64,000 nt of DNA from Planctomycetota bacterium (GCA_044222185.1 JBGANV010000004.1:224001-288000); one strand, 5' to 3'. Shown: positions 18,492 through 28,268, counted from the first letter of the stretch. Notes: generated by a model from the letters alone, not told the origin. Numbers and translations are program-made.

Positions 18492-21067
18492 CGGCGTCCT
18501 TCGAATCACCGAACCTCGACGATCGCACGTTCCAGCAGTTGATGGACGAGGCGGTGGCCCGCGCGAAGCAGGCGTGCCCGTCGTGGACGGACTTCTCACC
18601 GGGCGACCCCGGTGTCACGTTGCTCGAGCTCTTTGCATTCCTCACGGAGACGCTGATCTATCGGCTAAATCGCGTGCCCGAGAAGGCGTACGTGGAGTTC
18701 CTCCGGCTGCTCGGCGTGCGACTCGCGCCTCCGTCTTCGGCCGCTGCCACGCTCGTGTTCTCGCGCGCCCGGGCCGGGGATCGGCCGCTCGTGATTCCGC
18801 GCGGAACCCGCGTGACGGTGTCGCGCACCGGCGCTGGAGCCGAGCCCCCCGTCTTCACCACGGATCGGGAGGTCTCGATCCCGGCGGGCGCCACCGACGT
18901 CAAGGTGAATGCGCATCACGCGGATCTCGTGGAAGGCGAGCTGCTCGGAACTTCGACCGGCGCGCCCGGCCAGACGTTCACGGTGAAGCGCGCGCCGATC
19001 ATCGCGCCCAGCGGAGATGAACTCGATTTCGTGCTCGGCGTCGAGGCGGCCGCAGGCGAACTCGTCGATCGAAAGAACGCGGTCTCGTTCGGCGAAAAGG
19101 CCTACGCGATCTGGCGCGAGGTGGAGAACTTCGGGTCCACGTCGCCCGACTCTCTGGCATTCGTGGTGGATCGCGCGACCGGGCGCGTGACTTTCGGTGC
19201 CGGCGTTCGCGGCGCACGCCCCGGGGAGACCGCCGTTCGAGGATTGGCGGCCATCCCGGCAGCGGGCCGACAGATTCGCTGCTGGTACCGCTGCGGCGGT
19301 GGCGTCGCCGGGAACGTGGCCGCGGGAATGCTGACGGTGCTGAAGGACCCCATCGCCGGCGTGACCGTCACGAACCCTGCACTGGCGACGGGCGGGCGCG
19401 CCGCGGAGACGCTGCAGAACGCGCTGGTGCGCGGCCCCCAGGAGTTCCGATCGCTGGAGCGCGCGGTCACCGCCGACGACTTCGAGCTGCTCGCCATCCG
19501 TTCGTCGGGAGCCGTGTCGCGCGCGAAGGCGTCGAATCTCGCGGATACGTGGGCGCACGCGGTGCCGGGGACCGTCGAGGTCGTCCTCGTGCCGGCCGTG
19601 CCCGCCGATGCGGCACCGCGCGGTGTCGTCACACGTGCGACGCTCGCGGAGCGCGAGACCGAAGGTGCCCGCGCCCGAATCCAGGAGGCGCTCGACGCGC
19701 GACGCACGCTGGGTACGAACTGCCGCGTGACCTGGGCCCGCTACAAGGCCGTCACCGTGACGGCGCGCGTCGTCATTCATCGAGAGGAGGACCCGGAGGC
19801 GATCCGTCGGACCCTGCTCGAGAGGCTCCACCGCGCCATCAACCCCGTCTCCACGTCCGCGGATCACCAGGGGTGGCGCTTCGGCCAGCCGCTTCGCGTG
19901 TCCACGGTCTACGACCTGGCGCTTTCGGAGCCGGGAGTGAAGTTCGCCGACGGTGTCGCGCTCGTCGTCGACGAGGTCCCTGCGGGCGCCGTCACGTGCC
20001 TCGCGCGAGACGGCCACCAGCCGCGGACGTGTTTCGCGACGGCGGGCGACTCGCTCTTCCGGACCGGAAACGACGCGGACGGCTGGGAGCGCGTGGGGCG
20101 GTTCGACGGCGAGACGGTCAACGTGGTCGAGACGCACGAGGGCATGGCGGGCGTGGTCGGGTGTGCAACGTCACTCGGCGACGCGGACGGCAGCTCGCGG
20201 ATCCGCGTCTCGACGGACTGCGGCGAGACCTGGCGCGTGGCGGCGCAGTTCGCGTTTCCGGTCAACGATCTCGCGTGGATGACGCGGGACCAGGTCCCCG
20301 TGCTTCTCATGGCGACCGAGAAGGGGCTTTACGAGATCGCACTCAAGGACGGCGCGACGCCGCTTCAGATACTCGTCGTCGACAGCGCGCAAGACCTGGG
20401 CATGACTGCCGTCGCGGTGGCCGTCGACCCACGCGGTGCCGTCACCGTCGCGGTCGCTGCCCGGCAGACGCGGGGCGTCTTCATCTCCGGGCGAGGCGGG
20501 GAGCCCAAGTCGTTCCGCCCCGCACCCGGGCTCGAGGGGGCGGACATCGCCGCACTCGAGGTGCAACGCGACGGCCCGCGCTCGTTCCTCTGGGCCGGGT
20601 TCTCCGCCGAGATGGGCGAAGAGGGGCGCGGCTGCTCGCGGCGCGAGATTCGCGCATCCGAGGATGCACCAGCGACGTGGGAACCAGTGGCCAAGGGATG
20701 GAGCGGCGGGAGCTGCAACGCGCTGGCGTTCCTCCCCGATGCCGTCGTTGCGGCCACGCGGCGCGCGGGCGTGCTGCGACTGCCGGCCGGACCGGGAGGC
20801 GGCGCCTGGGAACCGTGCGACATCAACTGCGGGCTTCCACTGCGCGACAAGTCCCGCCTTCACCCGGTGGACGCCGTCGCGGCGAGCCCAGCGGGCGTCG
20901 TCCTCGCTGGCGGTCCCGTCGGTGTCTTTCGGACCCAGGACGGCGGAAAGAGCTGGGTCGCGCGGTCGACCCGAGAACACACGGATCGGGTGACGATCCC
21001 CGAGAACTGGCTCTTCTGCAGCGGCGATCACACGCTGACAGTCGTCAGCGAGGACGCGGCGACGTGA
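18488..21067 (+). CDS. Baseplate J-like (Afp11-like) protein with an inserted BNR-type beta-propeller
   Basis: PNLDDRTFQQL, WTDFSPGDPGVTLLELFA, YRLNRVPEK, RAVTADDFE, GWRFGQPL. Then about 330 aa with Asp-box-like STDCGETW and TQDGGKSW before the terminal strand RVTIPENWLFCSGDH. Confidence 0.88.
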   Translation: MTASFESPNLDDRTFQQLMDEAVARAKQACPSWTDFSPGDPGVTLLELFAFLTETLIYRLNRVPEKAYVEFLRLLGVRLAPPSSAAATLVFSRARAGDRPLVIPRGTRVTVSRTGAGAEPPVFTTDREVSIPAGATDVKVNAHHADLVEGELLGTSTGAPGQTFTVKRAPIIAPSGDELDFVLGVEAAAGELVDRKNAVSFGEKAYAIWREVENFGSTSPDSLAFVVDRATGRVTFGAGVRGARPGETAVRGLAAIPAAGRQIRCWYRCGGGVAGNVAAGMLTVLKDPIAGVTVTNPALATGGRAAETLQNALVRGPQEFRSLERAVTADDFELLAIRSSGAVSRAKASNLADTWAHAVPGTVEVVLVPAVPADAAPRGVVTRATLAERETEGARARIQEALDARRTLGTNCRVTWARYKAVTVTARVVIHREEDPEAIRRTLLERLHRAINPVSTSADHQGWRFGQPLRVSTVYDLALSEPGVKFADGVALVVDEVPAGAVTCLARDGHQPRTCFATAGDSLFRTGNDADGWERVGRFDGETVNVVETHEGMAGVVGCATSLGDADGSSRIRVSTDCGETWRVAAQFAFPVNDLAWMTRDQVPVLLMATEKGLYEIALKDGATPLQILVVDSAQDLGMTAVAVAVDPRGAVTVAVAARQTRGVFISGRGGEPKSFRPAPGLEGADIAALEVQRDGPRSFLWAGFSAEMGEEGRGCSRREIRASEDAPATWEPVAKGWSGGSCNALAFLPDAVVAATRRAGVLRLPAGPGGGAWEPCDINCGLPLRDKSRLHPVDAVAASPAGVVLAGGPVGVFRTQDGGKSWVARSTREHTDRVTIPENWLFCSGDHTLTVVSEDAAT

Positions 21068-21077
21068 TGGTGATCGA

Positions 21078-21638
21078 ATGAAGACGGACGACATCATCCT
21101 CCTGCTGCCGGCGGTGTATCAGCGCGCACTCGCGCCGGGTTCGCCGCTGCGAGCCGTGCTCTCCGTGATGCAGGGGCTCCACGAGCCCGTCGAGGCATCG
21201 CTCGCGACGCTCGACGCCGACTTCGATCCGCTCAGGGCGCCGCCGGCGTTCCTGCCGTTCCTCGCGCGATGGCTCGACCTCACGCGGCTGTTCGACGACC
21301 CCGATCGGGGGAGCGACGCCGAAAGACGGTCCATCCAACGACGACGCATGGCTTCCGTTGGAGACGGCCCGCTGCGCACGCTGATTGCGGCCGGCGCCGA
21401 GCTCAGTCGCCGACGGGGCACGCCGGCGGGGCTGATTCGCTGCCTCGAACTCGCGACCGGAGTCCGCGGATTCCGCCTCGACGAGGGGCCGGCCGATGCT
21501 CTCGGTCGTCCCCGCCCCTTCCATTTCCGGGTCCGCGCGCCGCTCGAGTCACGGCGCCATCAGGTCCTCATCGAACGAATCATCACATCGGAGAAGCCGG
21601 CTCACGTCACTCACGAGTTGGCGTTCGAGACGCGCTGA
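21078..21638 (+). CDS. Phage tail/baseplate protein (P2 gpI-like)
   Basis: LLPAVYQ, FDPLRAPPAFLPFLARWL, RRGTPAGL, EKPAHVT. Confidence 0.88.
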   Translation: MKTDDIILLLPAVYQRALAPGSPLRAVLSVMQGLHEPVEASLATLDADFDPLRAPPAFLPFLARWLDLTRLFDDPDRGSDAERRSIQRRRMASVGDGPLRTLIAAGAELSRRRGTPAGLIRCLELATGVRGFRLDEGPADALGRPRPFHFRVRAPLESRRHQVLIERIITSEKPAHVTHELAFETR

Positions 21639-21652
21639 ACAGGAGCAGAGCC

Positions 21653-23200
21653 ATGCCGAGCCCATTTGCCATCACACCGTCGGCCGACACCGTCGCGATC
21701 GATGCGAATCGCAGGGGAGAAGTCGCGTTCACCGTGTCGAACACGTCGGCGGCCCCCGTGCGCAGCCGGGGGAAGGTCGTTGCCGGCGACCCGGCTCAAC
21801 AGGCCTGGTACTCGCTCGCGGGGAACCCGGAGCGCCCGCTCAAGCCCGGCGAGACCACGCAGTACGTCGTCCGCGTCGCGTTGCCGCAGACGGCGACGGA
21901 GGGCACGTACCAGTTCCGCCTGGATGCCGTCTCCGTCGAGAACCCCGACGAGATGTTCACCACGGGGCAGCCCGTCGGGTTCACGTTCAAACCGCCCGCG
22001 GAGCCGCCCAAGAAGCCGTTCCCCTGGTGGATCCTCGCCGTCGTCGGCGGAGCGCTGCTCATCATCGGCGTCGTCCTCTTCTTCGTTCTACGGAACACGG
22101 ACGTCACGGTCCCCGATCTGAAGAACATGACGTACGAGGAGGCCGTGGACGCGTTGACGCAGGCCGGGCTCGAAGCGGAGGAGATCCAGGTCGTGGCCGG
22201 CGGACCGGAGAACAAGGTCAGCGGGCAGGACCCCGCGCCGGATACGCAGGTCCCGAAGAACTCGGTGGTGAAGGTCACGCACGAAGCAGCCTTCGTCGAA
22301 GTGCCGGCACTCGTGCGCACGCAGATCGATGACGTGGCCGAGGCGCTCAAGGCGCGCAAGCTCGCGCAGGGCACGGTGGCCGAAGTGAAGCGTGACGTGA
22401 GCAAGGCCGGCCTGGTGCTCGAGCAGGATCCGGCGGCCGGCACGCGCGTTCCCGCGGGGACGGCCGTCGCCGTCGTCGCCGAAGCCCCGTTGCGCAAAGT
22501 CCCGACGGACCTCGTGGGAAAGAAGACCCGAGAAGTCGTCGAGAGGCTGAGCGCCGATTTCGAAGTGAAGGTCGGCGACCCGAAGCGCAGTGATCGGACG
22601 AAGGCCGGGCAGGTGCTCGCCTCCGACCCGCGCGGCGGCACCGTCCTGCAGCGCGGCGACGTCGTCAATCTGGACGTCGAGGCCGGGAATCTCACGCTCA
22701 TGAGCGTGGTGGGACTGGCCCCGGACAAGGCGATCGAAGAGCTCCGCACGAAGCAGGGGTTGAAGTCGAAGATCGGTGCGCCGGCGCTCTTGCCCGTGGG
22801 CGCGCCGGGCGTGGTGGGGAAGATCGGCTACACGAATCCACCACCAAACAGCGACGTCGCGGAGACGGACACGATCGAGATCATCCCCATCGGCGCCGAG
22901 GCGAAGATGCCCGACGGACTCATCGGCCTGGTGCGAGACCAGGCGGAGGCGGCCGTCACGCGTGCGCACCTGAAGCCTGTCGTGCGCCTGCAATTCGATC
23001 GGCTGAACAGCAACAAGGTGCTGCGGATCGATCCCGCCGCGAACACGCGCTTGCTGGCCGAGTCGCCAGTGACGATCTACGTCGGTTCGAGCCACGTCCG
23101 CTTCCCGCGCCCCGGCCTGGTCGATGCCGGCATGCTCACCGACGTCGTCATCCCGGTCGGCGGGACCGGCCCCGTTCGTCGCGCGACGGGCGGCCACTGA
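21653..23200 (+). CDS. Bitopic membrane protein: Ig-like N-terminal domain, TM helix, five PASTA repeats
   Basis: AGGAG RBS and no signal peptide. Beta-rich N-domain, PPKKPFPWW plus a hydrophobic helix, then five ~65-aa repeats (VPDL...QDPAPD; VPAL...QDPAAG; VPTDL...SDPRGG; LMSVVG...TNPPPN; MPDGLIG...IDPAAN). Confidence 0.85.
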   Translation: MPSPFAITPSADTVAIDANRRGEVAFTVSNTSAAPVRSRGKVVAGDPAQQAWYSLAGNPERPLKPGETTQYVVRVALPQTATEGTYQFRLDAVSVENPDEMFTTGQPVGFTFKPPAEPPKKPFPWWILAVVGGALLIIGVVLFFVLRNTDVTVPDLKNMTYEEAVDALTQAGLEAEEIQVVAGGPENKVSGQDPAPDTQVPKNSVVKVTHEAAFVEVPALVRTQIDDVAEALKARKLAQGTVAEVKRDVSKAGLVLEQDPAAGTRVPAGTAVAVVAEAPLRKVPTDLVGKKTREVVERLSADFEVKVGDPKRSDRTKAGQVLASDPRGGTVLQRGDVVNLDVEAGNLTLMSVVGLAPDKAIEELRTKQGLKSKIGAPALLPVGAPGVVGKIGYTNPPPNSDVAETDTIEIIPIGAEAKMPDGLIGLVRDQAEAAVTRAHLKPVVRLQFDRLNSNKVLRIDPAANTRLLAESPVTIYVGSSHVRFPRPGLVDAGMLTDVVIPVGGTGPVRRATGGH

Positions 23201-23204
23201 GGCG

Positions 23205-23678
23205 ATGTCCGGCACCCGCATCGCCATCGTCGTGCTCGTGCTGATCGCCATCTTCGTGGCGGTCGCGTTGTTCGTCGGCCTGGGGCGCGACGATGGCGGA
23301 ACGGCCGTCGAGACGAAGGCGTGGCAGAAACGGCTGAAGAGTTTCGTCTCCGATCAGCAGAAGCTGCCGCTCTCGGACGTGAAGGGCGTCGGCGTGGACG
23401 GCGATCGCATCGTGCTCACCGCGGCAATCCCTGCAACCACTCTCACGATCCGAGAGAGCGACCAGAACCTGCGGTCCGCCCGGCTGCGCCTCCTCAGCGG
23501 TACCCGCGTGAAGGTCGAGGTCGTTCCCAAGGGTGCCGATCGCCCGCGCGTGAAGGCCGAGTTGAAGAACGTCAACGACGCGCTCGCCCTCCAGGTGTTT
23601 CGCGAAGGCGCCACGCTCGCGATCCTCGGCGGCGGCGCGGGCGCGTCGACCATCCTGCGGATCGAGCCGGCGGAGTGA
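23205..23678 (+). CDS. N-terminally anchored hypothetical membrane protein (CIS operon)
   Basis: MSGTRIAIVVLVLIAIFVAVALFVGLG followed by a beta-rich domain; starts 4 bp after the PASTA gene. Confidence 0.75.
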   Translation: MSGTRIAIVVLVLIAIFVAVALFVGLGRDDGGTAVETKAWQKRLKSFVSDQQKLPLSDVKGVGVDGDRIVLTAAIPATTLTIRESDQNLRSARLRLLSGTRVKVEVVPKGADRPRVKAELKNVNDALALQVFREGATLAILGGGAGASTILRIEPAE

Positions 23679-23784
23679 ACCCGCGTCGATCGGGGCGCGG
23701 CCGAGGCCGCATGTCGTGATCGACGGAGATCGTCTGGCGATGCCCCTGTTGCGAGTCCGTGGCTTCACGCAGTAGGCTTTGCCG

Positions 23785-24117
23785 ATGAACGAGCCGGGAG
23801 AACCGCCGACGTCCCCACCTCCACCCGTCGGGAAGGCGCCACGCCAGGAAGGCTGTCTCTGGGCGCTGATCTCGCCGTTGATCTTCCTCTTCCTCGGCTG
23901 TGCGGCCATCGGGTTGCCGCTCGCCGCCGTGTCCGGCCTCATCATCGGCCCGGCGTGCTTGTTGTGGGACAAGGAAATGACGGGCGAGGCGCCGGAGGAA
24001 CGTCACCGCACCGGATGGGTGATGCTCGCGATCGGCGTGATCTCCGCGCTCATCATCTACGTGGTGCGACTGCGCACGAAGCTCGCGTCGGCGACGAAAT
24101 CCATCGCCGCGAAGTAG
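23785..24117 (+). CDS. Small hypothetical membrane protein
   Basis: 2-3 hydrophobic helices in 110 aa. Confidence 0.55.
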   Translation: MNEPGEPPTSPPPPVGKAPRQEGCLWALISPLIFLFLGCAAIGLPLAAVSGLIIGPACLLWDKEMTGEAPEERHRTGWVMLAIGVISALIIYVVRLRTKLASATKSIAAK

Positions 24118-24160
24118 GGCCGGCATCCGTCCTCCGCGGGAGGTACGGGACGACCGGCCC
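24117..24160. terminator. GC-rich hairpin between convergent genes
   Basis: GGGCCGG...CCTCC-gcg-GGAGG...CCGGCCC imperfect stem with no U-tract. Confidence 0.35.
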
Positions 24161-24174
24161 GTCCGCCGCGTCGC

Positions 24175-26007
24175 CTACTTGCCCTGGCGTTGCTTCAGCA
24201 GTCGCTCGAACTCCTGCTGCGCCTTGAGGCCGCCATCCATCGGGGGCGCCGAGAGTCCGAGGTTGCGGTCGTGTTCCACCGTGTACGTGTAGTTGAGGAA
24301 GAACGCCTTCTCGCCGTTGGCAGCGGCCGGCACCGACAGATCCCAGCGGAGGATGCCCATGGGACGCCCGAGCCGCAGGTAGCTCGGATCCTCGCTGAGC
24401 TTGGCGTTCATCTCGCCCAACGTGACGCTGAGGCTTTCGGTGCGGTCGGCATGCGGCAGCCGGTCATGCAGCCGGACGGTCACTGGCGTGGACTTGTAGT
24501 TCTCGATCACGAGCCGGTACTTCAATGTCGACATCTTGTTGCCGCCCTGGATCTTCTCCGACTTGTCCACCTGCTCGCGCCGCGTGCGGACTTGCGGATC
24601 GACGCCGAAGCCCACCACGAACGTCTGGCCGTGAGCGACCGAGTCGATCTCGCCGCGACCCACGAAGCTCCCATCCAGGTAGACGCTCATGGGGCCGCCG
24701 AGGAGGTCGAGCGGGCTCGAGTTGACGAGCTCGGCCTCGCGGTAGACGAACCCGGTGAGCACGGGGCTCGCCACGAAGTACGCCGTGCTCTTCAGCTTCA
24801 CAGCCGTGATCCGGACGAGCTGCTGTTCGTCGCGGCTGGCGAGGCTGACCCGCGTCTCCAGCGGATACGTGAGGCTCGGCCCCTCGACCGTCGCCGTCGC
24901 CTCGTCGTTGAGCGATTGGAGGATCTCGCGGCGTTCGAGCAACTCCATCGCCTGACCGGCGTTGGCGACCGCGTTCATCTCGAAGCTCGTGCTGAGGTTG
25001 TCGCTCGGGTTGAGCGCGGCGCGATTGGCGGCGACGGCCACCTGGCGACGGCTGCGGAGGTCGTTGAACTGGCCGACGACCGATCCCGGATCGGTCTTGG
25101 CGGCGGCCTGCGCCTCCGTCTGCAACGCGGGCCGCAGACTCACGGCGAAGGGTGCCATGGCTGGCGCGGCTGCGTTCAATCCAGGCGATGCGGTCGACAG
25201 CGTCAGCTCCACTCCCGCCCAGTCCTCGCCACTCATCTGGTGGATGAGAGCGTTGCACTCCACGTCGACCGAGGTCATGTCACCGCCCGTGCGGAAGTTG
25301 TAGGTCGGCGCCCAGCCGCAGCCGTTCACGAGGTAGCTGACTCGCAGAGGGGTTGGTTCGGCGCGTCGCTTTTCGACGAAGAGGACGCCTTCGCGAACGG
25401 TCTTCGTCGTGCCTTGGGCAAGCTCGGCGCGCTGGCGCGTGAGGAGGTTCGACTGCGCTTCGAGGTCCCGGGATTCCTTCGCGAGCGTCAGGCTCTCCTC
25501 GGTCGCCTTCTTGCGCTGATCGAAGTTGAAGAGAACGAGCCGTTCGAGTGCCTCGGGGTTGAGGATGCCCTTCGACATCTCGGCCGTGGCTGCCGGCGCG
25601 ACGAAGTTCTCGAGCTTCTCCAATGACGCGAGCCGTCGCTGCACCAGCTCCTGGCCCTTGGCGACTGCCGCTATCTTCTCCGCGAGGAGCTGCAGCTTGG
25701 CGTCGATCTCGCGGACGGCCTCCCGGGGCTCTTCGCTCACGGCGCTCGACCGGAACCGCACGGCCCGGACCTCGAGGCCGTCGACGGACTCGGCGAACAG
25801 GCTGCTGGGTACGACCTGGTCGGGGAGGCCCGACACGACCACTTCGCGGGCGCCGGCGGGGCCGTCGATCGTGAGCGTCCGCGTGACGAGTGCCTGCCCG
25901 CCGCGGAACAGTGTGACGCTGTCGACCTTTCCGGGCACTGCGGGTCCCTGGGAAAACGCTACCGCCGCGAGCGCGACGTGAATCAGAACGATGCGCGAGT
26001 ACGCCAT
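24175..26007 (-). CDS. DUF4140/DUF4139 (MuiA-like) exported protein
   Basis: Signal peptide, VDSVTLF..QALVTR, coiled coil, VSYLV...W.PTY, QMSGEDW.GVELTLSTA, GPMSVYLDGSFVG, FGVDP. Confidence 0.88.
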   Translation of the reverse strand: MAYSRIVLIHVALAAVAFSQGPAVPGKVDSVTLFRGGQALVTRTLTIDGPAGAREVVVSGLPDQVVPSSLFAESVDGLEVRAVRFRSSAVSEEPREAVREIDAKLQLLAEKIAAVAKGQELVQRRLASLEKLENFVAPAATAEMSKGILNPEALERLVLFNFDQRKKATEESLTLAKESRDLEAQSNLLTRQRAELAQGTTKTVREGVLFVEKRRAEPTPLRVSYLVNGCGWAPTYNFRTGGDMTSVDVECNALIHQMSGEDWAGVELTLSTASPGLNAAAPAMAPFAVSLRPALQTEAQAAAKTDPGSVVGQFNDLRSRRQVAVAANRAALNPSDNLSTSFEMNAVANAGQAMELLERREILQSLNDEATATVEGPSLTYPLETRVSLASRDEQQLVRITAVKLKSTAYFVASPVLTGFVYREAELVNSSPLDLLGGPMSVYLDGSFVGRGEIDSVAHGQTFVVGFGVDPQVRTRREQVDKSEKIQGGNKMSTLKYRLVIENYKSTPVTVRLHDRLPHADRTESLSVTLGEMNAKLSEDPSYLRLGRPMGILRWDLSVPAAANGEKAFFLNYTYTVEHDRNLGLSAPPMDGGLKAQQEFERLLKQRQGK

Positions 26008-26302
26008 GATGGATCTCCGATGAACTTCCGCCGACGTGATTGGCGACGTGAGGATCCTACGAATCACGTCGAATGACGCGCGTCACGGCCCCGTAACGAG
26101 TGGCGGGGACGAGCGGATTCTGCGGCGTGCATCCGCGGTCCGCGGACTGCACGCGGGCGTCGGCCGACGCCATCGGCCGCACCTCCTCGCGGGCGTTTCG
26201 ATCGTCGGTGAGACCGTCGCAGGCGATGCGCGAATCCCGCTCCGCTGCCCGCGGGAACGATCGAGACAGGCTGCTGGCTCGAGACCCTGACTGGGACGCG
26301 CG

Positions 26303-26635
26303 TCAGACCTCGGGCTGGGTCACTGGAGCCGGCACCGTCGGCCCGCTCGCGCGGCAGATCGCGTCACACAGCTCGTCGCTGCGCCGGCGTTCGAAGGAGC
26401 TGACGACGGCATAGAGCACGACTCCGGCGATCGACAGGAGGATGCCCAGCCCCTTCGCCCGGGCGCTTCCCGCTCCGCCGCCGAGCCGCGCGCCGGCGGC
26501 GAGGCCGATGAGGAACGTCGACGCCAACATCGCCCTCGACCGCGCCACGGACATGACGAACCATCGAGACCTGACGGATTCGGGGATGAGTCGACGGGGG
26601 TCGAAGTGTGTGGCGGGAGGCGGGGGGATGGTCAT
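26303..26635 (-). CDS. Small hypothetical membrane protein
   Basis: Two hydrophobic helices; start uncertain. Confidence 0.45.
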   Translation of the reverse strand: MTIPPPPATHFDPRRLIPESVRSRWFVMSVARSRAMLASTFLIGLAAGARLGGGAGSARAKGLGILLSIAGVVLYAVVSSFERRRSDELCDAICRASGPTVPAPVTQPEV

Positions 26636-27123
26636 ACGGAGGACTCGGTCGTTGGTAGGACTGGGCGTCCCAGGCAATCTCAGTCGTCGCGCGACGAAAG
26701 GCCGCGATTCGGGCGACGTCGCCGTGATTTCCGTCATTTCTGTGCCGCCTGCCGGACTGGTCCGGGTCCCGGTTGGCAAACACCTGCGCTTCGGAGGTCA
26801 CCGTGCCCCCGTCAGCGAGATGTCGACGACCGATCCGGGGGCGCGGTTGACGATGCTCTGCGCGCCCGCGGGCGCGCACACTCGGACGGCGATCGTGTTC
26901 ACGAGGTCGCGACACGACACGTCTGACACCGCGACGAACGACGGCTCGTTTCGGGCCGCAGGGAGGTCGGCGGCGACGTCGTCGGTTTCGACTGCGGACC
27001 GACCACGGCCTCACTCGACGAGCCGTAGGCTGCGCGATGGCCGTGACGTCGTGCGACGAGCCACCGGCAGGTCGGAGTCCGCGATCGTCGGAGTGTTCTC
27101 CGCAGACCTGCGGCGGCCCGGTC

Positions 27124-27900
27124 TCAGAAGATCCCTTTGATGACCGCGACGATGGCGAAGATCAGCATGAACAACGCCCAGATCAAAGCCAGCACCGAGG
27201 TGATGAGGGCGCCCAGCGCGTCCGTGATGCTGACGAGGATGATGGGCACGAACCCATGGAGGAACGCCAGGAGCAAGCCAGCGACGACGGTCATCAGGAA
27301 GAGAATCACGAGGCCCTTGTTCTTCAGGAACGTCGGGTGGGCGAAGACCAGCAGCCCGCCGCTGACGAGCTTGAGCGTGAGAGTGAGCCCGAGTGTCGCG
27401 GCGGCACCGCCGCGGTTGAAGAACCCGAACAGCGCGAGATAGGCGATCGTGCCGAACGGGGCCGCGAGGAACAGACCCACCATCAAAAGCAGGAGCTCCA
27501 ATGCCACGAGCAGCATCACGAACGATCCGATGATCGTGACGATCGACACGATGAACGAGAGCACGACCTGGAGCTTGCCCGAGAGCCCCTGCGTGAGGAG
27601 CAGGCTGAGACCCATCAGGATCATCGCGTAGAGGAGAAGTCCGTCCACGAGCGCCAGGTACTTGATGCCGATCCCGGGAGGATCGGCCTTGGCGTTCATG
27701 CGACGCACCTCGTGCTTGAGATCGTCCTTGTCGACGTCGTCGTCATCGCTGACGTTCTGCTCGACCATGGAATCGAGTTGCGCCGTCGTCGCCTGGATCT
27801 TGCCCAGGAGCGAGTCCGCGCCGACGTCGATCAGGACGACGACGAATGCGAGCGCGGCCGCGATCCAGAACAGTGGTTTGCGGAGTCCGTCCATGGGCAT
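27124..27900 (-). CDS. Polytopic membrane protein of unknown function
   Basis: About 7 TM segments; PPGIGIKYLALVDG, LAAPFGTIAY, FLKNKGLV, FLHGFVP..LVSITDA. Coupled to the upstream DCC1-like gene. Confidence 0.8.
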   Translation of the reverse strand: MPMDGLRKPLFWIAAALAFVVVLIDVGADSLLGKIQATTAQLDSMVEQNVSDDDDVDKDDLKHEVRRMNAKADPPGIGIKYLALVDGLLLYAMILMGLSLLLTQGLSGKLQVVLSFIVSIVTIIGSFVMLLVALELLLLMVGLFLAAPFGTIAYLALFGFFNRGGAAATLGLTLTLKLVSGGLLVFAHPTFLKNKGLVILFLMTVVAGLLLAFLHGFVPIILVSITDALGALITSVLALIWALFMLIFAIVAVIKGIF

Positions 27901-28268
27901 CATCGAGCCTGGTGGCGCATCTGTTTCACGAGCAGCCAGGCCCCTGCGAACAGGTGCGAGAACGGACGGATTCTCAGTAGTGGCGCGAGCCAGGACCAGC
28001 CCGGGAGCGCGGCGACGACCGGAGCCACCACGTCGACGCCCCGAAGGATGCGCCCATCCGGCAGCATGAGATGGACGTCACGCGTGGTCGAATCCGCCGG
28101 CAACCCATGTCGCGCGATCAGGTCGGAGGCTTGCGACGCCGGGATCAGGTCGACGCGGCGGCGTGCGTCTCGGCGACGTATCCCGTCGGCGATCGAGCGG
28201 CACAGGGGGCAGGTGTCGTCATAGACCAGGACGAGCCTTTCGGCCGGTTCGGGCGCGGCCTCGTTCAC
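27900..28268 (-). CDS. DCC1-like thiol-disulfide oxidoreductase (DUF393)
   Basis: LVLVYDDTCPLC (DxxCxxC); GTG start overlaps the upstream stop. Confidence 0.85.
   Translation of the reverse strand: MNEAAPEPAERLVLVYDDTCPLCRSIADGIRRRDARRRVDLIPASQASDLIARHGLPADSTTRDVHLMLPDGRILRGVDVVAPVVAALPGWSWLAPLLRIRPFSHLFAGAWLLVKQMRHQAR

Noticed and set aside
11780-21638. Prophage
   Set aside because: No capsid, portal, terminase, integrase, replication or lysis genes; gene set and order match a headless CIS.
11780-24117. Type VI secretion system
   Set aside because: Single-gene phage-type sheath and gp19 tube rather than TssB/C and Hcp; no TssJLM, TssK or ClpV.
26636-27123. Possible gene or ncRNA in the 490-bp gap
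   Set aside because: Overlapping ORFs look non-coding in composition, and I found no convincing repeat or RNA motif.
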